64,000 bases of DNA from the human T2T-CHM13v2.0 reference genome, Homo sapiens (GCF_009914755.1 NC_060945.1), one strand, 5' to 3'. Counted from the stretch's first letter, positions 41,351 through 57,853 are shown. Notes: generated by a model from the letters alone, not told the origin. Made by a program: numbers and translations.

Positions 41351-42809
41351 TACCTAGTCGTGAAGTGAAAGAAAATATCCCTAAAGGTTCATAGAAAGAA
41401 ATATCAGCAGTTGTCCATGAATTCAGTTGAAATGGTTCAGTAACAGCATTGGTCACCAGAGACTACCAATTTGGGGAATGAATAACAAAATCATTTACTT
41501 CTATGGTTAGATGGTAATGGGTTTAGATGACAATTTTAGCCAATGCATCAATAGCCTATTTTGGGCAAGGTTTTTGATAGACCAAGGGATACGGTTTTGT
41601 GATTCCGGTTTGTAATGCAGTGAGAACCTGTACCGCACAGAACAGAGCTATCAGTAGGGATTTAGGAAACCTCATGAATTTATGTATGAATTATAATGGA
41701 ATCCACAAAAAAAGATAACATCTTCAAGATAGAAAGAAAAAAATGAACTCAAGAAGATTCAGTTTTACACATACATGCTTTCTCTCTCAAGGAAAATATA
41801 ATAACTTGTTAAGCTGTAAGGTTTGTTCAGATAAGCTCTAATATATTGCTTTTCGTACCAGGATGCAAAGATCTTTTTATGTTCTTAAGATAAAGAAATA
41901 TAAGGACTCAAACTTGATTTTAATATATCATTTTAATAGAATTTTCTACCCTAAAGAATTAGAGATCTTCATACCACTCTTAGAGCGATGATTCAGAATG
42001 TTATTCTATGAAAATCAACTTTTATACCACATTCTTTAATTGTGTGATTATCAATTTTTATTGTAATGCATGGGCTTAAAATTCATTTTCAAAACCTTAT
42101 GAACCAAAAGAACGTGCATTCTTTCCTTGTTTTGACAAAATATTTATAAATAGAATGTAAGCATCTTAAAACATCATAGTTTCTAATTCCATGCAGTATG
42201 TAGAAATGAGCCATCAGGGATTTGACCCAGTGATGTATAAACAAAGAAGGGGTAAATTTAAATGTAAAATTCTGAAATTAAAAGCAAGCCAAGGGCCTTT
42301 TTGGTTTAACATATCTGTATTTCCTCAAGATTACATTTGTCAACTTTCTGGTAAAACCTGAAGAAAAGCAGGTGAAATTTTCAGCTTGTCTGTTCTTGGT
42401 TAATTGGGGACCAGGAACTAAACAGATGACTAAGTGTCTCTCTTCTTGGGTATTTGGGAAATAAGGAAATTGAACTGACAAATGCTTCAACTTATATCTG
42501 AAGATATCAATAGGACATACACATGAATTCCATTGTATTCATCACTGTGTTACTTTGTGTTTTGCCTTTATACAGGTAATATTTTAATACAATACTAACC
42601 GAGAAAATTAGCATTTCATGAACACTATCTTTATGACAGATATTATTTCAAGTACTCTAAATATATTGATTGATTTAAATATAGTATTATTTTTCCTGTT
42701 TTGAAGAAAGGAAACCTGTAACACAGAAGGCTCAAATAAAATGTCTAAATTTGAACAGATAATATGTGGGAGAATTGAGATTCAAACCCAGCACAATGGT
42801 GATGCTGGA

Positions 42810-42934
42810 ACACACACACATACACACACACACACACACATATACACACAGTAAGAATTTTATACACACATATATAATTTAACTGTGTATGTTTTGCATA
42901 TGTATCCCAACGCATGTTTTTTGTTTACTTATTG

Positions 42935-42968
<34 letters not shown>
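42810..42968. repeat. (CA)n and (TG)n microsatellites in opposite orientation
   Basis: CA run 42810-42850; TG run 42938-42968. Confidence 0.9.
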
Positions 42969-42970
<2 letters not shown>

Positions 42971-42995
42971 ATTTCTTTGCTGTGGTAGACTGTCA

Positions 42996-43402
42996 CATAA
43001 GATCGGTTTCTTCAGAGAAAGAGAACCAGTAAATATATGTGTGTGTGTGTGTGTTCATGTGTGTATAAAATTTTTCTCTATTTAGGAATTGGCTTATAGG
43101 GTTGTAAGACAGGCAGGTCCAAAATTTGTAGAGTAGATCAGCCGGCTGGAAACTCAAGTCTGCTGCTGCAGACTTGAGAATTTCTTCTTCCTCAGAGAAA
43201 CCACAGTTTTGTTCTTCAGGCCTTACAAATGATCTAATGAGATTCACCCAGATTATCAAAAATAATTTCTTTTAGTTAAAGTCAACCATTATAAATGTTT
43301 ACGAAATCTACAAAACACCTTTACAGTAACAACCAAATTAGTGTTTGATTGATTATCTGGGTACTATAGGCTAGACAAACTAACACATAAAATTAACAAA
43401 CA
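42996..43402 (-). mobile_element. MLT2D-like ERVL LTR
   Basis: ttcttcagagaaagagaacca..aggaattggctt..aaagtcaac..tagtgtttgat..gggtactatag..acacataaaattaac. Confidence 0.8.
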
Positions 43403-45178
43403 TAATTGGCAATAATACTAATAAAGGTGAATGCGAAGAGTTGGAAACTGCAGATCTGGAGCAGAGGTAGAGTATAATACAGCAAGACTCAGGCATTAAG
43501 GAGATTACTCTTTCATAAGTCACATTGAAGTTTTGTTTTGACTAGGATTTTAAGTTCCATTTTAATCAAGTTTGGGGGGATTTCTGATGTAACATGTTAC
43601 AAATGAAGAACATAGCAAAAAGAGTGCAGAGACCACCATTTTCCGGAAACAACTAGCGTGAGCATTAACTGACACTCAAATGACGTGACAGGTGTTAGTA
43701 GTAACAAAAATATCCAAACATACTCCTTCATTTTCTTTGTGATGAAATCTCACCAAACTGTAAATATCCGAAAATGAAGATCACCTCAGAATGAAGGGAA
43801 AACAGTAAGGACAAGATGAACAAAAATCAGGATAAAGAAGGTAAGAAATCCAAATACGGGAGAGAAATAAACCAAAATTGGGAAAATAGGAGCAAAGTAA
43901 TAAACAATGAGTCAATAATGAAGGAGAAAACAGAGGAGAAAAATAAAGTTAAATGCCTCTGTTAACAAATAGAGATACATAAAAATGACAGAGTTTTTTT
44001 GAAGAGAAAATGATCATCATAAATCTTAGTACATTTCTTGAAGTAGCAAATCAGCTAAAATGTTTAGAATTGAATATATATGTTAGAGAGGGAAGTAAGG
44101 ACTCTGCAATTATGTTATTAACTTGATCAATACCCGTAACCAGACAATTTAGCACCACCTTCACCTCCAATTCACTTTAGTGCTTATAATCTCCTATTGA
44201 TTGTCAGCTAATCAATACAATAGCTTCACTTTTCTCTCCGTTAAGTAACCATGATCTCAGTGCCAACCTTGACTTATTTAAGATGGATAAAAGCTGTATT
44301 AACAAAATGTATTAGGTAGAGTATGATCACTTTGAAAATTTAGATGATATTTGATTATTTAAATAGAATTATAATGACTAAGTTAATATGATCAATGAAA
44401 TGTTAAAAATAGCCTTATTTACTTTATCAAAGTCTACTCACATTAGGACATCCCTGTAGAAATGAATAAAATAAAACTACTATTGTTCAAACTCAATTAT
44501 TAGCAATAACCATTAAAAGATTATAAATTACCAAATGTGCTATGCCATTTAAATAGGGTGCAGTTTAGAATATACACTGTTGGTTGAAATGTAAATTAGT
44601 AGAGTATAAGTGTATAAGCAAGCATTTGTGTGTGAGCATTCCCTTTTCTCTGCCTCGTCACCAGCATCAGTTGTTTTTTTGTCATTTTAATAAGAGCCAT
44701 TCTGACTGGGTTAAGATGACATTTCACAGTGGTTTGGATTTTCATTTACCTGATGATTAGTGATATTGAAGATTTTTCCATATACCTGTTGGTCATTTGC
44801 ATATCTTTTTTGAGACATGTCTAGTTATGTCCTTTGCTGACTTTTTAATGAAATTATTTGTTTTTTTGTGTGTGTTTTTCTTCTTACTGTTGAGTTATTT
44901 GAGTTCCTTGTTTATTCTGGATATTACGTCCTTGTTGGATGAATAGTTTGAAGATATTTTATTCCAATTAACAGGTTGTCCCACACTCTGTTGTTTGTTT
45001 CCTTTGTTGAGTGGAAGCTTTTCAGTTTAATATAGTCCCATTTATCCTTTTCTGTTTTTGTTGTCTATGCTTTTGAAATCATAGCCATAAAATCTTTGCC
45101 CAGAGCAATGTCCATAGTTTTTCTTCTATAATTGTTTTAGTCGTTTTATAATTTTGGATCTTGTTTTTAAGTCTTTGA

Positions 45179-45445
<267 letters not shown>

Positions 45446-45616
45446 TGATAGATATCCAGTTTTTCAGCACCATTGATTCAAGAGACTGTCCTTTCACCAG
45501 TGTAAATTCTTGGTACCTTTATCAAAAATTAGTTTACTGTAAGTAGATACATTTATTTATGGGTTTTCTATTATGTTCTCTTAATGTGTATATTTTTATG
45601 CCAATATCATGTTGTT

Positions 45617-45790
<174 letters not shown>

Positions 45791-48700
45791 TGAAGTCAGG
45801 TAATGGGATGTCTCCAGCTTTGTTCTTCTTGGTCAGGAATGCTCTTGCTATTATGAGTCTTTTATGGTTAAATAAATAATTTAGGATTATTTTTTCTATT
45901 TCTTTGAAAAAAGACATTGGTATTGTATAGAGATTGCATTGAATTTGTAGATTGCTTTGAGTAGTGTGATCATTTTAATGGTATGAATTCTTCTGATACA
46001 TGAGCATGAACCCTCTTTCCATTTTTTGTGTCCTTTTCACTTTCTTTCATCAATGTTTTTTACTTTTACTCATAGAAGTCTTTCAACTCCATGGTTAAGT
46101 TTTTCTTAGTATTTTAATGTTTTGTAGCCATTGTAAAAGTGATTGCCTTCTTCATTGTTTCTTAGCTAGTTCATTATTAATGAACAGAAATACTACTGAT
46201 TTTTTGTGTTGATTTTTATCCTAAAACTTTACGGAATTTATTTATCAGATCTAAGAGTTTTTGTGTAGTCTTTAGGTTTTTCTAGATATAAGATCATGTC
46301 ATCTGCAAACAGGGACAATTTGACTTCCTCTTTTCCAGTTTGAATGCTTTCATTTTTTCTCTTGCTGATTCCTCTAGATAACAATTACAATACCATTTGA
46401 AATAGGAGTTGTGAAAATGAGCAACCATCTTGTTCCAGTTCTTAGCAGAAAGGATTTCAGCTTTTCCCGATTCAGTAAGATGTTAGCTGTAGCTTTTTTT
46501 TTTCTGTATGGCCTTATTGGGTTAAGGTATATCCCTTCCATATCTAGTTTTTTGATAGTTTTTATCAGGAAGGGATGGTGAAATTTATCAAATGCTTTTT
46601 CTGCATCTATTAAAATGATCATTGGTTTTTTGCCCTTCATTCTGTTGATATGATGTATCAAATTTATTGATTCATGTATGTTGAACTACTTTTGCACCCC
46701 AGTGATAAATCCCACTTGATCAGTGTGTATTCTCTTTGTGATGTGTTGTGGGATTCAGTTCGTTGGTATTTCGTTGAAGATTTTTGCATCTATATTCATC
46801 AGGGATATGAGTCCATAGTTTTTCTTGTGTGGTGGTTATGACCTTGTCTGGTTCTGATATCATGGTAATGTTGACCTTGTAGAATGAATTAGTGAGAATT
46901 CTCTCCTTTTCATTTTTTGAGAATAATTTGAAGAGCACTGCTGTTTTTTTTGTTTGTTTGTTTTGTTTTTTGTTTTTTCCTGTAAATTTGGCAGAGTTTG
47001 GCAATGAAGCCATCCAGTCCTGAGTACTTATTTGTTGGAAGATATTTTTATTACTAATTCAATCTCATTACACTTTATAGATTTGTTCAAATTTCTATTT
47101 TTTTCCGACTCAACCTTCATAGGTTGTACTTGTCCAAAAATGTTTCTACTTTTCTAGAATTTCCTATTTGTTAGTGTATAGATGTTCTTATTCTCTCTGT
47201 TGGTCTTTTGTATTTCTATGCTATCAGTTTTAATGTCTTCTTTTTCATTTCTAATTTTGTTTATTTAGGTCTTCTGTCATTTATTGCTAGTCTAGTTAGT
47301 AGTCTATCAATTTTGTTTATCTTTCAAAAAACAACTTTTCATTTCATCAAGACTTTTTATTGTTTTGTCTCTATTTTGTTTAGTTCTTCTCCGATTTTTA
47401 TTTCTTCTACTAGTTTTGGGTTCAGCTTGTTCTTGCTTTAGTAGGTCCTTTAGGTACATTGTTAGATTGTTTATTTGAAATATTTCTACTTTTTTGATGC
47501 ATACATTCATTGTTATAAAATTCCCTATTAGCAGTACTTTTGCTGTATCTCATAGATTTTGGTATATTATATTTCATTTGTCATTTATTTCAATAAATGT
47601 TTGAACTTATCCTTAATTTCATCAGTAACAGCGTTTTACAGAAACATATTGTTTAATTTCCATGTATTTGTACAGTTTTCAGTGTTCCTCTTGTTAATGA
47701 TTTCTAGTTTTGTTCCATCTTGGTCTTATGAGATACTTAATATACTTTTGATATTTTAAAATTTGTTAAGACTTGATTAACATAAAAATATATGGTGTAT
47801 CTGGAGAACGTTCCATGTGCTAATGAAAAGAGTGTATATTCTTTAGTTACTGGATATAATATTTTGTAAATATCGGGTTCATTTAATCTAAAGTGCAGTT
47901 TAGATGCACTGTGTCTATTAATTTGCTGCCTAGATGATCTGTTTAATGCTGAAAGGTGGAGATTTGTAGTCTCTGACTGTTACCATATTAGAGTCTAGCT
48001 CTTCCTTTAATTTAATAATATCTGTTTTGTATATCTAGGTACTTCATTATCAGGTGCATATATGATTAGAATTCTTGTAGCCTCATGTTGACTTCATATC
48101 TTTTATAATGATGCAGTTGTCTCTTTTTACTATTTTTTGACTTACTGTTTTATGTTATATAAATACAGCTATTCTCACTTGTTTTTTTAAAAATTTCTGT
48201 TGATGTGGAATATCTTTTTTCCATCTCTTTACTTTTATCTATATGTGTATGATGAGATGAGAGAATAATTTCTTATAGTCAGCTTAGTAGGGTCATATTT
48301 GTTTCTTTTTTTAAATCCATTAAGCCAGTCTATACCTTTTAAGTGGAAAGTTTAATTCATTTACAATTGAGGTAATTATTGATATGTATTTACTTTTTCC
48401 TGTCATTTTATCAACTGCTTTCTGGGTTTTTTGTATATCCTTTGTTCCTTTATTTCCCCTTTTTGTTTATCATTGTGAATTGGTAGTTTTCTGTTGTGGT
48501 ACCATTTGAATGTTTTCTCTTCATTACTTGTGTGTTTGCTTTACTGGTGAATTTTACAGTTCGATGTGTCTTCATGATAAAAGATATCATCTTTTGCTCC
48601 CAGGCATTTGACTCTATTAAGCATTTTTTTGGAGGTCCAGTCCCTTAGCTTTTGTTTCTCTGGGAAATACTTTGTTTTTCCTTTATTTTATGAAGAGTAA

Positions 48701-49312
48701 CTTTGCTGGGTACAATATTTTTGACTGCTTTTTGTTTGTTTGTTTTGGGAAGTTTGAATATATCATTCTATTCTCTTCTGGCCTGTAAGGTTTCTTCTGA
48801 GAAATCCACTATTGGTCTCCTAGGGGTTTCTTATGAGTGACTATATACTTTTCTCTTGCTGTTTTTAGGATTTTCTCTTTGTCTTTGACATTTGACAGTT
48901 GACTATAATGTGCCATAAAGAAGACCCTTTTAAATTGTATCTTTTTCAGAATCTCTGAACTTCCTGTATCTGTATGTCTAAATCTCTTTCTAGACTTGAG
49001 AAGTCATATATTATTTTGTTGAATAGGTTTTCTATACCTTTCATTTTTGTCTTCACCTTCTGGAACATTGAAAATTCAAGTATTTGGTCACTTTTTATTG
49101 TCTCACATGTCAAATAAGCATTGATTATTCTTTTTATCTGTTTCTTTCCTTTATTATTTTCTGTCTGGGTTATTTCAAAACACTCTCTTCAAGGTCAGAA
49201 GAATGTATCTTCTGCTATATCTAGTCTTCTGTTGAAGTTTTTAATGTATTTTTTATTTTATTCAATAATTTCTTCAGTTCCAGATCTTTGATTCTTTTTT
49301 ACAGTATCTATC

Positions 49313-49690
49313 TGTGTTTGTCCATTCTCATGATGCTATAAAGAAAGGACAAAGACTGGATAATTTATACAAGAAAAAGGTTTAATTGACTCACAGTTCC
49401 AAACTGCCCGGGAGGCCTTAGGAAACTTACAATCATGGCAGAAGGCAAAGGAGAAGCAGGAACCTTCTTCATAAGGGGGCAGGACAATGTGAGTGCCAGC
49501 AGGGAAAATGCCAGATTCTTATAAAGCCATCAGATCTCATGAGAACTCACTTGCTATCATGAATACAGCATTGGGGAAACCACCTCCATGATCTAATCAC
49601 TTCCTACCAGTTCCCTACGAGAACATGTGGGGGTTATGAAAAGTACAATTCAAGATGAGATTTTGGAGGGGACACAGCCTAGTCATGTCA
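49313..49690 (-). mobile_element. THE1 (C/D-like) MaLR 3' LTR
   Basis: ggtttaattgactcacagttcc..aaacttacaatcatggcagaaggc..caattcaagatgagatttt..gacacagcc. Confidence 0.9.
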
Positions 49691-50985
49691 TTCAACTCCT
49701 GCCCCCTCTCAATTCTCTTGTCCTCACACTTCTAAACACAATCATGCCCTTCCAATAGTCCCCCCAAATCTTAACTCATTGCAGCATTAACCCAGAAGTC
49801 CAGATCTACAGTCTCATCTGAGACAGTGCAAAAGCCTTCCACCTATGAGCCTGTTAAATCAAAAGCAAGTTAGTTACTTCCTAGATAGAATGAGGGCACA
49901 GTCATTGGGTAAATACACTGGTTCCAAATGGGAGAAACTGACCAAAACAAAAAGGCTACAGCCCTCATGCAAGTCCAAAATCCAATACAGCAGTCATTAA
50001 ACCTTAAAGTTCGAAAATGATCTCCTTTGACTCTATGTCTCACAAACAGGTCAAATTGATGCAAGCAGTGGGCTCCCACAGCCTTGAACTGCTAAGCAGG
50101 GTGGATTTTCAGGGTACAGCCCCCTTTCTGGCTGCTTTCATGGCCTAGCATTGAGTGATGTGGCTTTTCCAGATGCATAGTGAAGCTGTAGGTGGATATG
50201 GAGGATGGTAGCCCTCTTCTCACAGCTCTACTATGTTATGCCCCAGTGGGGACTCTGTGTGGGGGCTCTGACCCCACATTTCTCTTCTGATCTGCCCTAG
50301 CAGAGGCTGGCTATGAGGGTTCCCTTACTGTAGCAAACTTCTACCTGGACATCCAGGTGTTTCCATACATCCTCTGAAATCTAGGCAGAGGTTCCACAAC
50401 CTCAATTCTTGACTTCTGTGTATCCATAGGCTCAACACCACATGGAATCTGCCAAAGCTTGGGGCTTGCATCCTCTGAAGCAATGGCCCAAGCTGTACCT
50501 TGGCCCCTTTTAGCCACTACTGGAGCTGAAGCAGCTGGGATGCTGGGCATCATGTCCTGAGGCTTCACAGAGGAGGGCCCTGGGCCTGGTCCAGAAAACC
50601 ATTTTTCCCTCTTAGGCTTCTGGATCTGTGATGGGAGGGGCTCCCGTGAAGCTCTCTGACATGCCCTGGAGACACTCTCCCCATTGTCTTGCTGATTAAC
50701 ATTCAGCTCTTCATTAATTATGCAAATTTCTGTAGCCCTCTTGAATTTTTACCCAGAAAATGGGTTTTTCTTTTCTATGGCATCATCAGGTTACAAATTT
50801 TCCAAACTTTTATGCTCTACTTCCTTTTGAATGTTTTGCTGCTTAGTAATTTCTTCTACCAGAAACCCAAAATCATCTCTCTTAAGTTCAAAGTTCCACA
50901 GGTCTCTAAAGCAGGGGCAAAAATGCCACCAGTCTCTTTGCTAAAGCATAGAAAGAGTCACAATTGTTCCAGTTCCTGAGAAGTT
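49691..50985 (-). mobile_element. THE1 internal region; 5' LTR missing
   Basis: THE1-int hallmarks (aaaagcaagttagttacttcctagat; PLPRFQRMYGN.WMSR; RVKGDHF..LRF). Confidence 0.9.
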
Positions 50986-51273
50986 CCTATTTTTTTCCTA
51001 TTTTTGCCATTGTGAATAGTTCTATGATAAACATGGGAGTGCAAATATCTATTCAAGATTCTGATTTCAATTCTTTTGGATAAATACTCAGAAGTGGGAT
51101 ACCTGGATCACATGGTAGTATTATTTTGAGCTATTGAGAAATGTCTATACTGTTTTTGACGGTGACATTTTGCCTATTCCATTCTCACAAACAGTGCATA
51201 AGGGTTCCAGTTTCCCCACATCCTCACCAACACTTGCTGTTTTGTTCTTTTGATAATACATCACCTTAACTGT

Positions 51274-52023
<750 letters not shown>

Positions 52024-52514
52024 GCACAAGGTGAAACTGCGGTTTCACTTGGCATTTCCCTAATGATTACTGATGTTGAGCATCATTTACATACCTGTTG
52101 GCCATTTGTATGTCTTCTTTGGAGAAATGTCTATTCAAGTACTTTTTAAACAGGTTATTTGTTTTTATTGAGTTGTAGGAGTTTCTTATGTATTTTGAAT
52201 ATTAACATCTTAGATAAGTGATTTGAAAATATTTTTCCCATTTCATAGGTTCCTATTTCATTCTTTTAATGGCTTAATGCTAATTCTAAATAATGTCTAA
52301 TTTCCAGTATACATTTTTATTCAAAACATAAATATGTTGAATTAAGATTTTTAAAAGTATTTAACTTATTTTGGTATGGTTATATTTTTGTAAATTTTTA
52401 ATTTTAATTAGATTTTAATTTAATTAAAATTTATGGTAGATAACTAATTATAGTGATTATTCAAAATTTTGTTTAGATTTGCTTCATGGCTTTGCACATA
52501 TGTATGGTTGGTAA

Positions 52515-52858
<344 letters not shown>

Positions 52859-53054
52859 TATGTTATGTTTCTGTATTCTACAATGTCCAAACATAATAAT
52901 TTTGTTATGCACATATTTCATTTCTTTCTTTTTGCTGGATCTATCAATTACTGAAAGAGGTGAGTTAAAATATCCACACACAATGTGGACTTTATTGATT
53001 TTCCCTTGCAGTTATTTGATTTGGCTTTATGTAATTATGGCACATTGCTTGCAT

Positions 53055-53482
53055 TTGTAACCTTGATTCTTCACCTCTCCCTGAATCCACACCCTTTGTT
53101 TAACCTTCTAGTGCTTTTCCATTTGACTCTAATCTTTGTCTTTAGCAAAAACATGGCATGAGCTTGAACAGTGCTTGATCAATTGTGCTTGTTTCTTGCC
53201 ATCTGCTGATCACAATAAGTTCATGCCCTGGCTTGTCTTTTGCAGATATCCAGCCAAGATGATTCAAACTAGCTGGCAGCTAGCTAATGACCAGTTATAT
53301 GAGTAAAACTATGTGAGCCAGAAAAACTAGATTGTCAATCCAAGCCTAGACAGTTGACCTGCAGACTCATGAGTAAATACGTTTTTTTAATACTCCTGAC
53401 ATTGTGTGCTCTATATGTGTGTGTGTTGGCATGTGTGTGTTGTTTGTCATTCAAAGATTTTATTGCAACAGAGAAATTATAC
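53055..53482 (+). mobile_element. MLT1(G/H/I)-like MaLR LTR
   Basis: ctccctgaatccacaccctttg...gcttgaacagtgcttg...acctgcagactcatgagtaaata...taca. Confidence 0.55.
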
Positions 53483-53893
53483 AGCATTTTACGTTTTTAT
53501 AGGCAGACATATTCTATTATATACTTGGGAATTAGCAATATTTTATTATAAAATGACTTGCTTCGAGACAAGTAATATTTTTTCTTTTTTCTCCTTTCTT
53601 TTAGATTGGTTTTTACTCGCTAAAACTATTTTACTCTCTTATACTTAACTTTTCTTCATCTTTGTGTTTAATGTGACTCCTTTACGTAATGTAATAGAGT
53701 GACTTTCATAATCAATAGAAAGTTTTATGGTTTATGCTGACTTACTTGTGCTACTTGTAAGATGAAGAAAACAGCAAATACATACAGAGTAAAACAGAGG
53801 TTGGAAGCTTGCTACTTGCACTTTAATTTTATATTTTATTCTCAAGGATACATAAAATATCAAAATACTTTTATTGTATTTCCTGTTTGATAG

Positions 53894-54387
53894 GTATAAT
53901 GGTTAATTTTAGGAGTCAACTTTACTGGATTAAGGCATACGCCCATAGCTGGTAAAGCATTATTTCTGAGGATGTCTGTGAGAGTGTTTTTCTGAAGAGA
54001 TTGCCATTTGCATTGGTGGATGAGTTAAGGAAGGTCTTCCCTCAATGTGGGCAGGTACCATTCAATTATGTGAGGGCCCAGGTAGAAAAAAACAGGCAAA
54101 GTGAATATGCTCTCTGTTCTGGAGCTGTGACACACTGCTTCTCTTGTCCTTTGGCATCAGAACTCCAGATCTGGTCTTTGGACTCTGGGGTTTGCACCAG
54201 TGGCCCCCTAGTTTCATAAGCTTTTGACCTTGGATTGAAAGCTACACGATCAGCTTCCCTGGTTCTGAGGCATTTGTACTTGAACTGAGACACATTACCA
54301 ATTTTCAGGGGTCTCTAGCTTGCAGAGGACCTATCATGGGAATCATCAGTTTCCATAATCACATGAGCCAATTTCCCGAATAAATCC

Positions 54388-54430
<43 letters not shown>

Positions 54431-54528
54431 CTCTGTCTATCATCTGTCTGTCTGTCTATTATCTATCTATCTGTCTATCTATATCTATCTAATTGGTTTT
54501 GTCTGTTAGGAGAACCCTGACTAATACA
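53894..54528 (+). mobile_element. MLT2B-like ERVL LTR
   Basis: atggttaatttt..gtcaactt.actggattaagg...ggagaaccctgactaataca. Confidence 0.88.
54387..54490. repeat. (TCTA)n/(TCTG)n tetranucleotide STR inside MLT2
   Basis: Pure TCTA run followed by a compound part. Confidence 0.95.
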
Positions 54529-55142
54529 ATATGTTAAAAATACAATATGTTAACACTGGACTCCCATAGGGTCTAATGTTATAGCTTCAGGACTGAATAT
54601 ATGTAAAGGAATTTAAAAATAAATACCTTGCCGATGAGTTGTTCAGGCCCTAGGAAGTTCTCTTGTGAACCTCTAACATGTATATTGCAATAGAATTTTC
54701 TGGACACTCACATTATATTATAAGTCTGCCTTGCCCCATGACCTTGAGTTAGGAGAAACATATAACAAAACCATATTACATCCACCATCACCCAAAATAA
54801 ATTTAACTCCTCAGCATATCAATGATATTATCTGAGACTGTGCAGCTTTGAAATGCACATATATGTCACCACTACTGTGTGGTAGCTTTAACCTAGAAGG
54901 AAGGAGTAGTTAATCTGCAGCGTTCATAAGTAGGACTAGAAGGAATGTGAAGCAAGGAATAGAATGAGGGTGAAAGTCTTAGAAAACATGAAAAAAAATA
55001 AACTGTTTTAACTGGATAAATATTTAATGCCGTATATGTTTAAACATCAGAATTGATACAAATGCCCTAGTGCATTTTGTGTTGCTATAGCAAAATTCCG
55101 AGATGGGATAATTCACAATAATTTATACAGAAAAGAAAGTTT

Positions 55143-55459
55143 GGCCAGGCGCAGTGGCTCACGCCTGTAATTCCAGCACTTTGGGAGGCTAAGGTGGGCG
55201 GATCACAAGGTCAGGAGATGGAGACCATCCTGGCCAATATGGTGAAACCCTGTCTCTACTAAAAATACAAAAAAAAAACAAAAAAAAAAAACTAGCCAGG
55301 TGTGGTGGTGGGTGCCTGTAGTCCCAGATACTCCAGAGCCTGAGGCAGGAAAATTGCTTGAACCCGGCAGGCAGGGGTTGCAGTAAGCCAAGATTGTGCC
55401 ATGGCACTGCAGCCTGGGCGACAGAGTGAGACTCCGTTTAAGAAAAAAAAATATAAAAA
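55143..55459 (+). mobile_element. AluSc-like
   Basis: ggagatggagaccatcctggccaa; full dimer with A-tail. Confidence 0.93.
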
Positions 55460-55999
<540 letters not shown>

Positions 56000-56104
56000 T
56001 CAGTCCTGTGAGACTACATCAGCTCTTTCATTAAGGGTGAATCCCTCATAACCCAAATGCCTCTTAACGATCCCATGACCTCTCACTCAGTAGCATTACA
56101 TTGA

Positions 56105-56392
<288 letters not shown>

Positions 56393-56746
56393 TATATTGG
56401 CTTTTTTTAACATGAGTTATGACAGGGACAAACACATCCAAACTATAGCAAATGGCATATCAAAATTTTTAAATTTTAAATAAAAAAAGATCTGACAATG
56501 CTGTGAGCACCCAGAATTCTCACTTTTCCTGCCTGAATATCAAGATTCCTTGATTGTTACCTATAGGAGAATTTTCGGAGAGGATATTAGGTTGTTCTTG
56601 CGTACAAATTAAGACCTGACATTCTGATATATTAAAGATATGAAGTCTGATGTTAACGAATATCTGGAAGTGAGGATAGTTGTACTTTTTTAAATATGTT
56701 TTAAATTCCTTTGACTTTGCAATGCTTTCCCACACAGGCTTAGCTA

Positions 56747-57070
<324 letters not shown>

Positions 57071-57334
57071 AATGAATTTTCTTTTATTACTTTCTGAAGA
57101 TCTTCCTTTTAGTGTGACTGGCAAGTTTAGTCTCCTTATTGTTTTGTGATTTCTGATCTTTGACTTTTAAAGTTCATTAACTTTGGAGTTGCTTGTGCTG
57201 TAGGAATCCTGACTTTATTTTAAAAATGACCTCAACAGATACTTTACTTTCTTTAGCCAATCAGTAATTCATTTCAAAATGTCATTTAAAAATATGTTAT
57301 CTCACAACTTAATTCTCCTTTTAAAAGTTGTTTC

Positions 57335-57390
57335 AGCTGCATGCAGTGGTGTATGTTGTAGTCCCAGCTACTCGAGAGACTGGGTCAGGA
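57335..57390 (+). mobile_element. Alu monomer/7SL-derived fragment
   Basis: gcagtggtg..tgtagtcccagctactcg. Confidence 0.6.
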
Positions 57391-57501
57391 TTTTTGCAGT
57401 AAAAATAGGTAGATTATAATGATTTGTTTAATACTTTTTGTTCACCATACTGTTGTTAAATTGTAATCATTTTCTCTATTCATTCAATTAGAGAAGTTAT
57501 T

Positions 57502-57849
57502 GGCTGGGCACCACGGCTCATGCCTGTACTCTCATCTCTATCGAGGGCCAAGGTATATATCGCTTGAGCCCAGGAGTTTGAGACCAGCCTGGACAACATG
57601 GCAAAACTTCATCTCTACTATATATATATATTTTTTTATATATTATAGTTTATAATATATAAATGTGTATATATATTATTTATGTATATATAAATAATAG
57701 CCAGGTGTGGTAGCATGCACCTGCATTTTCAGCTACTCAGGAGGCTGAGGTTGGAAGATAGATTGCTTCAGCTCAGGAGGTGGAGGTTCTGTACTCCAGC
57801 CTGGGCAACAGAGCCAGACCCTGTCACAAAAAAAAGAGAAAGAGAGAGA
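57502..57849 (+). mobile_element. AluJ with TA-expanded middle linker
   Basis: cgcttgagcccaggagtttgagacc; AT-rich linker 57618-57697; gaccctgtc. Confidence 0.88.
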
Positions 57850-57853
57850 GAAA

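Noticed and set aside
56012-56023. actacatcag resembling the shared Alu insertion as a possible donor
   Set aside because: Only ~10 bp match within MST sequence; compatible with chance.
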